Assembly: GCA_963783385.1 (NCBI GenBank)
Contig: CAWANJ010000006.1
Location: forward strand, 352,001 to 416,000
DNA: 64,000 nucleotides
Origin: an uncultured Gemmatimonadales bacterium
GTDB lineage: Bacteria; Gemmatimonadota; Gemmatimonadetes; Palauibacterales; Palauibacteraceae
Direction: 5' to 3'
Shown here: positions 31,822 to 41,880 of the stretch, in pieces
Position numbering within the stretch: the stretch's first letter is position 1
How the letters are laid out: every line of letters starts with the position of its first letter
Notes under the pieces: generated by a model
The model's database searches: none
The model's input: the letters and a program-made list of their open reading frames with translations, nothing else
What the model was told of the DNA's origin: nothing
Translations under genes and position numbers: made by a program

Positions 31822-33978
31822 TCACGCGCCCCGCCCCGGCTCTCCGACCATGATCCGGGCGTCGACCGCCACACACCGCTCCGGTTCGGGGAAGGCGAGG
31901 AACGGGTTCACGTCCAGCTCGCGGATCTCCGGGTGATCGCCCACCAGCTGGCTCACCCGTTCGAGGACCTCGGCCACCCGCTCGAAGCACACGCCCGGCT
32001 CCCCCCTGACGCCCTCGAGGAGGCGCGCGCCCCGGAGGTCCCGCACCATCTCCTTCGCGTCCACGTCCGTCACGGGCTGGACCCGGAAGGTGACGTCGCC
32101 GAGCGCCTCGACGTATACGCCCCCGAGCCCGAACATGATGAGCGGCCCGAAGTTGGGTTCGAGCGTCATGCCCACGATGGTCTCCCGGCCGCCACGCACC
32201 ATGGGCTGCACGACCGCGCCCGTCATCACCGCGCCGTCGGGCCAGCTCGAGGCCCGCGACTCCATGTCGCTGTACGCCACGCGCACCGCCCGGGGCTCGT
32301 CCAGGTCCAGCGCCACGGCTCCCGCCTCGGACTTGTGTGACAGCCCCGGAGCCACCGCCTTGAGCACGACCGGGTAGCCGAGCTCGCTCGCGGCCGCCGC
32401 AGCTTCGTCGGCGCTCTCGACCACCCGGTAGGGGGCCACCGGAATCCGGTACGCCTCGAGAACCTCGAGCGCCTGCGGGACGGGCAGCAGCGCCCGACCC
32501 TCGCTCGTCGCCTCGGCCAGCACCCGATCGGCACGCTCCCGGTCGACGTCCTCGAACTGGCGGACCTCGCCCGTGGGCCTGGCGAGCCAGCGCCGGTACT
32601 TCTCCATGGCCGCCAGGGCGCGGGCCGCGGACTCCGGGAAGATGTAGGCCGGGATGCGGGCCTCATGGAGCTCGGCCATGCCCCGCGGGAGTCCCTCGCG
32701 TCCCATGAGGACGGCCATCACCGGCTTGGGGGCACCTTCGGCCACCGAGCGAATGGCCCGGGCCACGTCGCCCGCGTCCACGCCGAGGGGCGGCACGAAG
32801 GCGGCGATGACGGCGTCGACCTCCTCGTCGGCGAGCACGATCTCGAGCACCGAGCCGTATTCCTCCGCCCGGGCGCTGGCGATCATGTCGACCGGGTTCG
32901 CCACGCTCGCTTCCTCGGGGAGGAGCTCGCGGAGGCGGGCCTGCGCACCCCCGGACAGCGGGGAGACTTCGAGGCCGCGAGACTCGCACGCATCGGCGAT
33001 GATGATCCCGGGTCCGCCGGCGTTCGTCACGATCGCCACCCGGGGCCCCTCCGGCATAGGGGCATTGCCAAAGGCCATCGCGGCGTCGAACAGCTCCTCG
33101 ACCGTGTCCACGCGCAGCACGCCGCACTGGGCGAAGAGCGCGTCGGTGGCTACGTCCATGGCCGCCATCGCTCCCGTATGGCTCGACGCCGCGCGGGCGC
33201 CCGCGCGGCTGCGTCCCGCCTTCACGGCGATCACGGGCTTCTTACGGGTCACTTCCCTGGCGATGCGCGTGAAGCGCCGCGGATTTCCGAAGTTCTCGAG
33301 GTAGAGGAGGATGACGCCGACGCGGGGGTCGTCGCGCCAATAGGCCAGGAGGTCGTTTCCGGAGACGTCGGCCTTGTTCCCCATGGAAACGAACTGGCTG
33401 ACGCCGATCCCGTATTCGGCCGCGTAGTCCAGGATGGTGACGCCCATGGCGCCCGACTGGCTCATGAACGCGATGGGCCCGGAAGGCGGCATGGAGGGGG
33501 CGAAGGTCGCGTTCATCGACATCTCGCCCGACGTGTTGATCACCCCCATGCAGTTGGGGCCGACCATCCGCATGCCGTGACTACGGACGATGTCCAGCAG
33601 CTCCCGCTCCCGGGTGATCCCGGCGCCTCCCACCTCCTTGAAGCCGGCGCTGATCACGACCACCCCCGGTACGCCGGCCTCGGCGCATTGCTCGACCACG
33701 GAGCGGACGTGCTCCTTGGGAACCACCACGACGGCCAGGTCGGGCACCTCGGGAAGGTCGCCGACCGATGGGAAGGCCCGAATCGAGTGGATCGCCCTGG
33801 CCCCGGGATTCACCGGATAGACGGTGCCCTGGAAGCCGTGCACGAGGAGATTGTCCACGATCTGGTAGCCGATCGTGCCCGGACGGCGGCTGGCGCCGAC
33901 CACCGCGATGGAGGACGGCCGCAGGATGGCGTCGAGGGACGGGCGAACGGGCCGTGGGGCCCGGTCGACGTCGCTCAA
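31822..33978 (-). CDS. Acetate--CoA ligase (ADP-forming) family acyl-CoA synthetase
   Basis: IAVVGAS, GPNCMG, SQSGA, GNKAD, SSHTG (phospho-His), NPVD and an ATP-grasp C-terminus. Probable TTG start overlapping the dnaN stop. Confidence 0.9.
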   Translation of the reverse strand: MSDVDRAPRPVRPSLDAILRPSSIAVVGASRRPGTIGYQIVDNLLVHGFQGTVYPVNPGARAIHSIRAFPSVGDLPEVPDLAVVVVPKEHVRSVVEQCAEAGVPGVVVISAGFKEVGGAGITRERELLDIVRSHGMRMVGPNCMGVINTSGEMSMNATFAPSMPPSGPIAFMSQSGAMGVTILDYAAEYGIGVSQFVSMGNKADVSGNDLLAYWRDDPRVGVILLYLENFGNPRRFTRIAREVTRKKPVIAVKAGRSRAGARAASSHTGAMAAMDVATDALFAQCGVLRVDTVEELFDAAMAFGNAPMPEGPRVAIVTNAGGPGIIIADACESRGLEVSPLSGGAQARLRELLPEEASVANPVDMIASARAEEYGSVLEIVLADEEVDAVIAAFVPPLGVDAGDVARAIRSVAEGAPKPVMAVLMGREGLPRGMAELHEARIPAYIFPESAARALAAMEKYRRWLARPTGEVRQFEDVDRERADRVLAEATSEGRALLPVPQALEVLEAYRIPVAPYRVVESADEAAAAASELGYPVVLKAVAPGLSHKSEAGAVALDLDEPRAVRVAYSDMESRASSWPDGAVMTGAVVQPMVRGGRETIVGMTLEPNFGPLIMFGLGGVYVEALGDVTFRVQPVTDVDAKEMVRDLRGARLLEGVRGEPGVCFERVAEVLERVSQLVGDHPEIRELDVNPFLAFPEPERCVAVDARIMVGEPGRGA

Positions 33979-35078
33979 TCGAGGAGCCGCAGCGGCATCA
34001 CCAGGCACAGGTAATCGGGCTCGCCCCCGGCCGGTCGGAAGGTCGCCGCCCGCTCCGGGGCCCGGAACTCGATGCGGACGTCCTCGTCCGGCATGTAGCG
34101 CAGCACCTCGAGCAGGTAGTTGGCGTTGAAACCGATCTCGAGAGTCTCTCCCTGGTAGTCGACCGACACCTCGTCCTCGGCCTCTCCGAGGTCGGGTGTC
34201 TGGACGCGGAAGCCGAGAGTCCCATCGGAGAAGGAGAGGCGGACGCGGTGCGTCTGGTCGCTGGCCACCACGGCCATGCGCCGGAGCGCCTTCTCGAGCG
34301 CCTCGGTACTGCCGACCGCCTGCTTGTCGTTGTCCGAGGGGATGACCTGCTCGTAGTTCGGGTACGGTCCCTCGATGAGCCGGGTGTATACCACCCGTGC
34401 CGCGGAGCGGAAGGCCAGGTGGTTCTCGGACCGCGCCACCTCGACCTCCTCGTCGGCTTCGAACAGCCGCTCGACCTGCTGGAGCGCTTTCGGGGGCACG
34501 ATGAGGTCGGCTTCGGGAGCATCCACCTCCTCCAGCGGGAACGTCATGCGCGCCAGGCGGTGGCCGTTGGTGGCGACCATGGTGCAGTGGTCGGAACGCA
34601 GTTGCCACAACACCCCGTTCAGGATCGGCCGACTCTCCTCGGTCGATGCCGCGAAGGACGTGCGCCCGATGAGCTCCTGGAGCGTCCCGGCGGTCACCTT
34701 CCAGCTCTCGGAGAAGTCGACCTCGGGGAAGGACGGGAACTCCCCCTCGGGGAGCCCGAAGAGCTTGAAGCGGCTCTTCCCGCAGGACAGCTCGATCTGG
34801 TCACCATCCCCGACCAGGTGCACCGGGGCACTCTCGAGCTCCCGGGCGATGTCGGAGATCTTCCGGGCGGGAACGGTGATCGCTCCGGCCTTCTCCACCT
34901 CGGCGTCCACCGCTACCGACACCGAGATGTCCAGATCGGTGCCGCTCATCTCGAGCCTGGATCCCTGCGCCCGCAGGAGTATGTTCGAGAGGACCGGCAG
35001 GGTCGTCTTGTTGGGGATCGTGGCTGCCACGGCCCCGAGTCCCTCCTGCAACTTCTCGCGCGTTATCGAAAGCCTCAT
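33975..35078 (-). CDS. dnaN: DNA polymerase III beta sliding clamp
   Basis: TTLPVLSN, GTDLDIS, SRPILNG, ATNGHRLA, RLIEGPYPNY, GFNANYL, VMPLRL. Confidence 0.97.
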   Translation of the reverse strand: MRLSITREKLQEGLGAVAATIPNKTTLPVLSNILLRAQGSRLEMSGTDLDISVSVAVDAEVEKAGAITVPARKISDIARELESAPVHLVGDGDQIELSCGKSRFKLFGLPEGEFPSFPEVDFSESWKVTAGTLQELIGRTSFAASTEESRPILNGVLWQLRSDHCTMVATNGHRLARMTFPLEEVDAPEADLIVPPKALQQVERLFEADEEVEVARSENHLAFRSAARVVYTRLIEGPYPNYEQVIPSDNDKQAVGSTEALEKALRRMAVVASDQTHRVRLSFSDGTLGFRVQTPDLGEAEDEVSVDYQGETLEIGFNANYLLEVLRYMPDEDVRIEFRAPERAATFRPAGGEPDYLCLVMPLRLLD

Positions 35079-35134
35079 CGAGCTCCTCGTTCCTCCCGTG
35101 GCGGCGACTTTCCCCGGCGATCATCAGGGCTACG

Positions 35135-35335
35135 GTATGATATAGTAATCTTCGTAGTAGTAGTAGGGACCGTGGACATGTGGACATCTCGGGGCGGCAC
35201 GCATGGAAGTCGAGCCTCCACGCGCTGTTCCATGTCTCCACCCACTGTGGACGGTCGGGGGAAAACCGGGTCTTCTTCGACGCGTGTCCACACGCGGAGC
35301 GTTCTCCGGAAGCCTCTCCACCCCGATCCACACTC
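35135..35335. other. Chromosomal replication origin oriC (dnaA-dnaN intergenic)
   Basis: AT-rich patch 35136-52, (TAG)4 DnaA-trios 35155-66, 4-bp spacer, overlapping DnaA boxes 35171-79 and 35179-87; further box-like 9-mers at 35246-54, 35284-92 and 35324-32. Confidence 0.88.
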
Positions 35336-35370
35336 CGTCAACGAGTCCCCGCGGCACGCGGGGAGAGACA

Positions 35371-36744
35371 TCAGTGGCGCAGCTCGTCCTGGAGCTCCCG
35401 GACCCGCACACGGAACTCCGGGTCCGAAGCCATTTCGGCCTCGACCTTGTTGACCGAGTGGATGACGGTGGAGTGGTCTCGGTCCCCGAAGAGCCCGCCG
35501 ATCTCGGTGTAGGGCAGGTCGAGGAGAGTCTTGATCAGGTACATGGCAATCTGACGGGGGACCGTGAGGTTTCGGGTTCGGCGCCTGGAGGTGAGCCCGT
35601 CCACGGTCACGTCCCATGCCTCCGCCGTCCGTCGTCGGATCTCCTCGGGTGTGGCGCGCTGCGGCTCGGGCTCCGGCTCGTCCGAACCTCCCAGCGCCTC
35701 CCGAGCCAGCTCGAGGGTGATCTCCCGGCGAGTCAGCGAGCTGTAGGCGAGCAGCTTGATGACGGCACCCTCGAGCTGCCGGACCGACGTCTTGCGGTGG
35801 CGCGCGATGTACTCGATGACGTCGTCGTCCAGGACGAGGCGGTCCTCGGCCGCCTTCTTCTGCAGGATAGCGACCCGCGTCTCGAAGTCGGGCGGCTTGA
35901 TGTCGGTGACAAGTCCCCACTCGAAGCGCGACACCAGGCGCTCCTGGAGACCGGGGATCTCCTGCGGGGGTCGGTCGCTCGTGATGACGATCTGCTTCTG
36001 GGCGTCGTAGAGGGAGTTGAAGGTGTGGAAGAACTCCTCCTGCGTGCCCTCCTTGTTGCCCAGGAAGTGTACATCGTCCACCAGGAGCACGTCGATCCGC
36101 CGGTAGCGCTGGCGGAACTCGGGCGTGCGGCCGCTCTGGATGGCCGAGATCATCTCGTTCGTGAACTGCTCGGACGGGATGTAGGCGACCCGGCGGCCCG
36201 GTGCTCGGTCCAGGATGGCGTGCCCGATGGCGTGCATGAGGTGCGTCTTGCCGAGGCCGGTGTCGCCGTAGATGAACAGAGGGTTGTAGGCCTTGGCCGG
36301 GGCATCGGCCACGCGCTGGCAGGCGGCCGCCGCCAGCTGGTTGTTCCCGCCGATGACGAAGCGCGAGAAGGTGTAACGCTCGTTGAGGCCGGAGTCGGAC
36401 GGGGAGGCCGACGCGGCGGCCGACTCGGTCGGCTCGGTGGAAGGCCGGGCGGCCTCGGAGGACCTGAACTCCGGGATCTGGATCCGGTCCGTATGGCCCT
36501 GGTGCTCGAACCGGAGCTCGAGCGAGCGTCCCAGCTGGCGCTCGGCCAAATCGACCAGGAGCGGACCGTACTTATCTTCGATCCACTCGACGGCGAACTT
36601 GGTGGGCGCGCCGACGACGAGCGTGTCGTCCGAGAGGGTGACGGCTTCCGTGGCCGAGAGCCACGTCCGGAACGTCTGCTCGGGAAGCACGTCCCGCGCG
36701 GCATCGGTAATGCGGGCCCAGACTTCGTTCGCGGTCAGTTCCAT
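35371..36744 (-). CDS. dnaA: Chromosomal replication initiator DnaA
   Basis: YNPLFIYGDTGLGKTHL, LLVDDVHFL, QEEFFHTFN, SRFEWGL, RDHSTVIH. Confidence 0.98.
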   Translation of the reverse strand: MELTANEVWARITDAARDVLPEQTFRTWLSATEAVTLSDDTLVVGAPTKFAVEWIEDKYGPLLVDLAERQLGRSLELRFEHQGHTDRIQIPEFRSSEAARPSTEPTESAAASASPSDSGLNERYTFSRFVIGGNNQLAAAACQRVADAPAKAYNPLFIYGDTGLGKTHLMHAIGHAILDRAPGRRVAYIPSEQFTNEMISAIQSGRTPEFRQRYRRIDVLLVDDVHFLGNKEGTQEEFFHTFNSLYDAQKQIVITSDRPPQEIPGLQERLVSRFEWGLVTDIKPPDFETRVAILQKKAAEDRLVLDDDVIEYIARHRKTSVRQLEGAVIKLLAYSSLTRREITLELAREALGGSDEPEPEPQRATPEEIRRRTAEAWDVTVDGLTSRRRTRNLTVPRQIAMYLIKTLLDLPYTEIGGLFGDRDHSTVIHSVNKVEAEMASDPEFRVRVRELQDELRH

Positions 36745-36798
36745 GCGGCCTGGTTCCAGGGTCGGCCCGAGCACCGGGGGCAGGAGACGGGGGGCCTC

Positions 36799-36827
36799 AT
36801 TGTAGAGAGGGTGACCGGGAGTGTCAA
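36799..36827 (-). promoter_or_regulatory. sigma70 promoter of dnaA
   Basis: Minus strand TTGACA-N17-TACAAT. Confidence 0.8.
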
Positions 36828-36870
36828 CGAGGAGGCCGGGGGGCACGAGGCCGGGCGAGCGCTCCTCACT

Positions 36871-36899
36871 TTGACAGTGGTCGGCCCTGCGTCTATACT
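36871..36899 (+). promoter_or_regulatory. sigma70 promoter of rpmH-rnpA-yidD-yidC
   Basis: TTGACA-N17-TATACT. Confidence 0.8.
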
Positions 36900-36996
36900 G
36901 ATCGGCTCCTCGAAAAGCCGAGGCCCCGAACCGACGCCGCTCGCACCGAGCACGCCGCGAGCCGGCCCGCTTTCCCCGCGATCATAGACGGGTGTC

Positions 36997-37167
36997 ATGG
37001 GAAGGACGTGCAGCAAGACCACCAATCGCAAGCGCCGCCGCGACCATGGCTTTCGGGCCCGTATGAAGACCAAGGGTGGCCGCAAGACGCTCGCCCGTCG
37101 TCGCCGGAGGGGCCGCAAGCGGCTCAGCGTGAGCCGCGAGCGCGTGCGCAAGCATCGGGGCCGCTGA
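36997..37167 (+). CDS. rpmH: 50S ribosomal protein L34 (absent from the ORF track)
   Basis: Manual translation [56 protein letters not shown]; HGFRARM signature and canonical position. Confidence 0.95.
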   Translation: MGRTCSKTTNRKRRRDHGFRARMKTKGGRKTLARRRRRGRKRLSVSRERVRKHRGR

Positions 37168-37215
37168 GGAGGGCGCCGGGGCCGCCGCGAGTCCGAGAGA
37201 CGAGGGTGACGTTGC

Positions 37216-37587
37216 GTGAGCGCGGGCGAGCGCTTCCCGCGCGCGGCGCGCCTGCGATCCTCGAAGGAGATTCGCGCGACCTTCCGGGAGGGCCGCCGCC
37301 ACGCGGGGCGCGACCTGGAGCTCTTCGCCAGGGGCTCCCCGAGCGGGCGACCGCGGGTGGCCATCGTCGTTCCGACGCACGGCCGCACCATCGCGGAGCG
37401 CAACCGGCTCCGGCGACGGCTCCGCGAGATCCTGCGCCGGGAATGGCTCCCGGCCGCGGTGCGTGAGGGCACGAGCGTGGATGTGGTGGTGCGGACCCGC
37501 GCCACGGCGTACGACCTCGGCTTCGGGGAGCTGCGCTCCGGGCTCCTGGAGGCGCTGGGAGGGCTGACGTGGCCGCGCGGTTCCTGA
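37216..37587 (+). CDS. rnpA: Ribonuclease P protein component
   Basis: RNR motif ([11 protein letters not shown]) and synteny after rpmH. Confidence 0.88.
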   Translation: MSAGERFPRAARLRSSKEIRATFREGRRHAGRDLELFARGSPSGRPRVAIVVPTHGRTIAERNRLRRRLREILRREWLPAAVREGTSVDVVVRTRATAYDLGFGELRSGLLEALGGLTWPRGS

Positions 37588-37832
37588 TCCTGCTCATCCG
37601 GGTGTACCGGGCGGCGTTCTCGCCGCTCCTCCCGCCGGCGTGTCGCTACACGCCGACCTGCTCGGAGTATGCGCTCGAGGCGGTGCAGCGCTTCGGCGCC
37701 CTCAGGGGAGGGTGGCTCGCCGCTCGCAGGCTGCTGCGCTGCCACCCCTTTGGAGGCTTCGGTCCCGATCCGGTGCCGCCCGCCGACGGTGAGTCGGTCC
37801 GGACGGAGGCCGCGGGGCGCGGGGTGACCTGA
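37569..37832 (+). CDS. yidD: Membrane protein insertion efficiency factor YidD
   Basis: [11 protein letters not shown]...RCHPF...DPVP. Confidence 0.93.
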   Translation: MAARFLILLIRVYRAAFSPLLPPACRYTPTCSEYALEAVQRFGALRGGWLAARRLLRCHPFGGFGPDPVPPADGESVRTEAAGRGVT

Positions 37833-37836
37833 CGCG

Positions 37837-39609
37837 ATGGAGAAGCGCGTAACCCTGGCGATCGTGCTCATGATCGCCGTCGTCGTGATCACGAACCTCC
37901 TGTTCCCGCCCTCGGCGCCCAGGCACCCACCGGGGGCTGCCGTGGACTCGGCCGCCGTGGCGGCGGGCACTGCCGCGGTCGCGGGCAGCGCTTCCACGGC
38001 GCCGGACTCGGCGTCGACTTCCCAAGGTGTGGGAGCGCCGGCGGGCAGTGTGGCGGCCGGCAGCGCCGCGGCGAACATCGCGGCGCCCGACACCGGGACC
38101 GCGGCAGCCGGCCCCACGCCCTCGCTCGGGAACCAGGGCGCGGCCGAGACGGCGCCGGGCGACACCATCCGGGTTCGCACCCCCCTGTACTCCCTGGCGT
38201 TCGACACGCGTGGGGCCCGGCTGGTCAGTGCCACGCTCCGGCACTACGCCTCCTTCGCGAGCGGCGACTCGGCCGGCCGGAGGGCGGAGCTGGTACGCTC
38301 CGGCGAGCACCTGCTGTCGTGGCGGGTCGCCGTCGGTCCCGACACCCTCGATCTCTCCGGGCGCCGGTTCGAGCCCAGCGCCACGTCCGTCCGGGTGGAC
38401 AGCGGCGGCGGGGCCGACAGTCTCTCGTTCCGGTACGCCGTCCCCGGGACGAAGCTGGTCTATAGGGTCACGTACCGGTTCGAGCCGGACCGGTACCTGG
38501 TGGACGTGCACGGCACGTTCGAGGGTCTGGGCTCGCGGGGCTACACGGTGCTCGCCTGGCTGGGCAGCGGCATCCGTACGAACGAGGCGCATCCGGGGGA
38601 GGATTACAAGCACCTCGGCTACGTCGTGAACGGGCAGCAGGGGGTGAAGAGCCAGGGGCTCGACGATGTGAAGCCCGACAGCGTGCGGACGCCGGAGGGG
38701 GCGCCCTTCCGGTGGGTGGCCGTGAAGGACAAGTACTTTCTGGAGGCCCTGATCGCCTCTCGCGGGAAGCAGGGATTCGGCGGCCTCCTGGTGACCGGCG
38801 ACGCGGCGCCGCACACCGCCCACATGGAGGCGGCGCTTCCCGTCCCGGCCGGCCAGCCCGGCTTCGAGCTCCAGTCCTACCTGGGTCCGCAGGAGTTCGA
38901 TCGCCTGGCCGCCATCGGCCAGGAGCTCCAGAACGTGAACCCCTACGGCTGGCAGTGGCTCCGGTTCATCATCCGGCCGCTCGCCGGGCTCATCACCAAG
39001 ATCCTCACCTGGCTCCACAACGTGCTGGGCCTGCAGTACGGGTGGGTGCTCATCCTGTTCGGGATCCTGATGCGGGTCGTCCTGTTCCCGCTGTACCAGA
39101 AGTCGATGCGGGCCCAGATGGCCCAGATGAAGGTGCAGCCGCTGGTCAAGGAGCTACAGGCCAAGTACAAGGACGAGCCGGAGAAACTCCAGAAGGAGAT
39201 GATGCGGGTCTACCGGGAGCACAACATCAACCCGCTGGCCGGGTGCCTCCCGATGATGCTCCCGTTCCCGGTCCTGATCACGCTGTTCTTCGTGTTCGAG
39301 AACACGATCGAGTTCCGGGGCGTTCCCTTCCTGTGGCTTCCGGACCTCTCGCTCCAGGATCCGCTGTACATCATCCCGGTCGCCATGGGACTGTCGATGT
39401 TCGTGCTGCAGTGGATCGGGCAACGCGGCATGGAGCGGAACACGCAGATGAAGATGATGGGTTACGCCATGCCCGTCGTCATGACCTTCCTGTTCGCCCG
39501 CTTCCCGGCCGGGCTGAACCTGTACTACACGACCAGCAACCTGGCCTCGCTGCCGCAGCAGTGGTATCTGGCCAGGGAGCGAATGGAAGAGAGCGGGGGC
39601 TCCCGGTAG
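37837..39609 (+). CDS. yidC: Membrane protein insertase YidC
   Basis: N-terminal TM, periplasmic domain, NPLAGCLP, PFLWLPDLSLQDP, GLNLYY. Confidence 0.95.
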   Translation: MEKRVTLAIVLMIAVVVITNLLFPPSAPRHPPGAAVDSAAVAAGTAAVAGSASTAPDSASTSQGVGAPAGSVAAGSAAANIAAPDTGTAAAGPTPSLGNQGAAETAPGDTIRVRTPLYSLAFDTRGARLVSATLRHYASFASGDSAGRRAELVRSGEHLLSWRVAVGPDTLDLSGRRFEPSATSVRVDSGGGADSLSFRYAVPGTKLVYRVTYRFEPDRYLVDVHGTFEGLGSRGYTVLAWLGSGIRTNEAHPGEDYKHLGYVVNGQQGVKSQGLDDVKPDSVRTPEGAPFRWVAVKDKYFLEALIASRGKQGFGGLLVTGDAAPHTAHMEAALPVPAGQPGFELQSYLGPQEFDRLAAIGQELQNVNPYGWQWLRFIIRPLAGLITKILTWLHNVLGLQYGWVLILFGILMRVVLFPLYQKSMRAQMAQMKVQPLVKELQAKYKDEPEKLQKEMMRVYREHNINPLAGCLPMMLPFPVLITLFFVFENTIEFRGVPFLWLPDLSLQDPLYIIPVAMGLSMFVLQWIGQRGMERNTQMKMMGYAMPVVMTFLFARFPAGLNLYYTTSNLASLPQQWYLARERMEESGGSR

Positions 39610-39673
39610 GGTCCGTCCCCCCGCTGCCCGGACGGGAGGGGCCGTTCGCTCCGACGGCGGGCGCCGGGCCGGC

Positions 39674-40543
39674 TCAGTGCACCAGCGTGAACACGACTCC
39701 CAACAGCGTCTCGTTCTGTCTCCAGAACTGCTCGGCGCGCGACGGCCCCGCCCCGCCCTCCAGACCGAGTCGGAACCTGCCTCCGCCGAACCGCACCCCG
39801 GCCTGCCCCGATAGGATCGGGTCCCATCCCAGCTCCGCCCAGGAGAAGGCCTCCGCGCCCGCGTAGGGGGCGAAGGGGCCCCAGCGCAGCCGCGTCGGCA
39901 CCCATTCGAAACCGGCGCGCACCGAGGCGGCCACGAAGTTCCGCTTGGAGCGCACGATCGAGCCGGGGCCCCCGTACAGGATGAGCCCGGGCAGAGGCGA
40001 ACCCTGGACGAGGATCTCCAGACCCTCCCGGCTGGTGGAGTGCGGAAGGGCGCCGGTGCGAACCATGTACTCGTCGCCCAGGTGCGAGCTCACGTGGTAG
40101 AGCTCCGCCCGGGCCGCCAGCCCTCGCCACCCGGCCCGCAGCTGCAGGCCCACGCGGAAGTGGGCCTCCCGGAACTCGTTGTTCCGGCTCTGGAGGTCGA
40201 AGCGGGCGAAGGCCCCGCCGGCGAGCCCGATGGCGAGTCGCAGGGAGCGGTCGGGGGAGGACGAAGGGACGGCGCGCGCGGCGCCCGAGTCGTGCCGCGA
40301 GCCGCGCCTCAACCACACCGCGAACGCATCCCCGAAATTGGCCAGCCCCACCGTCCTGTGCTCCGAGCCGCGGTGGATCCGGACCGGCGCCAGTCGGGTG
40401 CCGGGCTCGATGGCGGAGGCGAGGGGAGGCCGGAACGGGTAGCCGTCGGGTCCGTCGAGGAGGCTCGTGGACTGCCCGACCGCGGCCCGGGGCGGGCACA
40501 GGCCGAGCACGCACAGGAGGAGCGCCGCCGGGACCGCGCGCAT
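39674..40543 (-). CDS. Exported protein, probably DUF1207-like beta-barrel
   Basis: Signal peptide, FRPPLA, YHVSSHLGDE motif. Confidence 0.6.
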   Translation of the reverse strand: MRAVPAALLLCVLGLCPPRAAVGQSTSLLDGPDGYPFRPPLASAIEPGTRLAPVRIHRGSEHRTVGLANFGDAFAVWLRRGSRHDSGAARAVPSSSPDRSLRLAIGLAGGAFARFDLQSRNNEFREAHFRVGLQLRAGWRGLAARAELYHVSSHLGDEYMVRTGALPHSTSREGLEILVQGSPLPGLILYGGPGSIVRSKRNFVAASVRAGFEWVPTRLRWGPFAPYAGAEAFSWAELGWDPILSGQAGVRFGGGRFRLGLEGGAGPSRAEQFWRQNETLLGVVFTLVH

Positions 40544-40575
40544 CGCCGCGGTCCCGGCGGACGCCGCCCGACCCG

Positions 40576-41373
40576 TCAGGCGGCTCGCTGACAGCGAGGA
40601 CAGATGTAGGTCTTACGACCGATGAGGGTCATCGACTCGAGCCCGTTCCGGCAACGGGGACAGGGCGCCCCGTCGGCGCGGTGGTTGATGAGCCAGCCCG
40701 GGTCGGCGTGCGCGGCCTCCCAGTGGAGGGTGGCGCGGCGCAGCACTCGCTTCAGGTACTTGTGCACCCGGGAGAGCTGGTGCTCGGTCATGTCCCCGAC
40801 GCGGGCGTCCGGGCGGTAGCCCGCCTGGAAGCAGATCTCGTCGGCGTACTCGTTCCCGATGCCGGCGATGATCTCCTGGTTCATCAGCATCCCCTTGAGC
40901 GAGCTGCGGGGATGCGCGGCGGCGAGCTCGATGAAGCGCTCGGGGGTGAGCTCGTCGCTGAGGGGGTCGATGCCGAGGTTCTCGAGGGTCTCCAGTCCAG
41001 CGAAGTCGTGGCCCTCGACCAGGTGCACCTCGCCCTTGTCGCCCGGGGAGGCGTAGCGGAGCTCGCGCCCGGCGGCGAACTGCAAGCGAATCTTGGAGTT
41101 AGGTGGTGGTGGGGCGGTCTGCGACTCGAGGTAGATCTCGCCCTGCTCACCCATGTGGAACACGAGGCTGTAGCCGGAGCGGAAGCGCAGGACGATGTAG
41201 CGTCCGTGGCGCTCGACCGCGTCGATCGCGAAGCTCTCGAGATGCTCCTCGGCGGCTTCGGGATCGACATCGACGGCCTCGGGCTCGTCGATCAAGACGT
41301 GGGAGATGGTCTTGCCGGTCGCGTAGCCGGCGAAGCCATCGATCATGCGCTCTACGTCGGGGAGCTCGATCAT
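40576..41373 (-). CDS. Fpg/Nei family DNA glycosylase with a non-canonical N-terminus
   Basis: MIELPDVE, H2TH LMNQEIIAGIGNEYADEI, zinc finger CPRC...CPRCQ. Confidence 0.88.
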   Translation of the reverse strand: MIELPDVERMIDGFAGYATGKTISHVLIDEPEAVDVDPEAAEEHLESFAIDAVERHGRYIVLRFRSGYSLVFHMGEQGEIYLESQTAPPPPNSKIRLQFAAGRELRYASPGDKGEVHLVEGHDFAGLETLENLGIDPLSDELTPERFIELAAAHPRSSLKGMLMNQEIIAGIGNEYADEICFQAGYRPDARVGDMTEHQLSRVHKYLKRVLRRATLHWEAAHADPGWLINHRADGAPCPRCRNGLESMTLIGRKTYICPRCQRAA

Positions 41374-41479
41374 GCGGCGAAGTCCTCCCTAGAAAAAGTT
41401 CTCGCGCGAATACCCCGAAGAAGCCCGAAAGTGCCGAACCCGGCGTCGGGCCCCGCCCCGTGCGGCGCACGCGGGGTGA

Positions 41480-41767
41480 TCAGCGTACGATCCTGAAGTC
41501 TCGCGGGAGGTCGTCGCCGGGGAGGATCTCCTCGACCGCCTCGACCCGGGCCGCCCGCGGTCCTCGGTTGAGCCAGTCGCGGAGACGCCCGAGGGCGTCG
41601 ACGCCGCCCGACGCGTGCACCTCGACCGAGCCGTCAGCGCGGTTGTGGACGGTGCCCGAAAGACCGAGCTTCCGCGCGATGCGGACCGTGTTCCAGCGGA
41701 AGCCGACTCCCTGCACGCGTCCCCGCACCCGGAACGCCCGTCGGGAGTCGGCGGTTTCGCCGTCCAT
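41480..41767 (-). CDS. acyP: Acylphosphatase
   Basis: ATG 41767; VRGRVQGVGFR, GTVHNRADGSVEV, RGPRAARV. Confidence 0.93.
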   Translation of the reverse strand: MDGETADSRRAFRVRGRVQGVGFRWNTVRIARKLGLSGTVHNRADGSVEVHASGGVDALGRLRDWLNRGPRAARVEAVEEILPGDDLPRDFRIVR

Positions 41768-41880
41768 GTTCGTTTGCTCACCCGTCGCCTGGAGGAGGTG
41801 CCCGGCGGGCGGTCGGCCGCGGACGCGAGACGCTCCGCGCAAACGACGTGCCGGGTTCGCCGGAGGGCCGCGTCGCCCTT

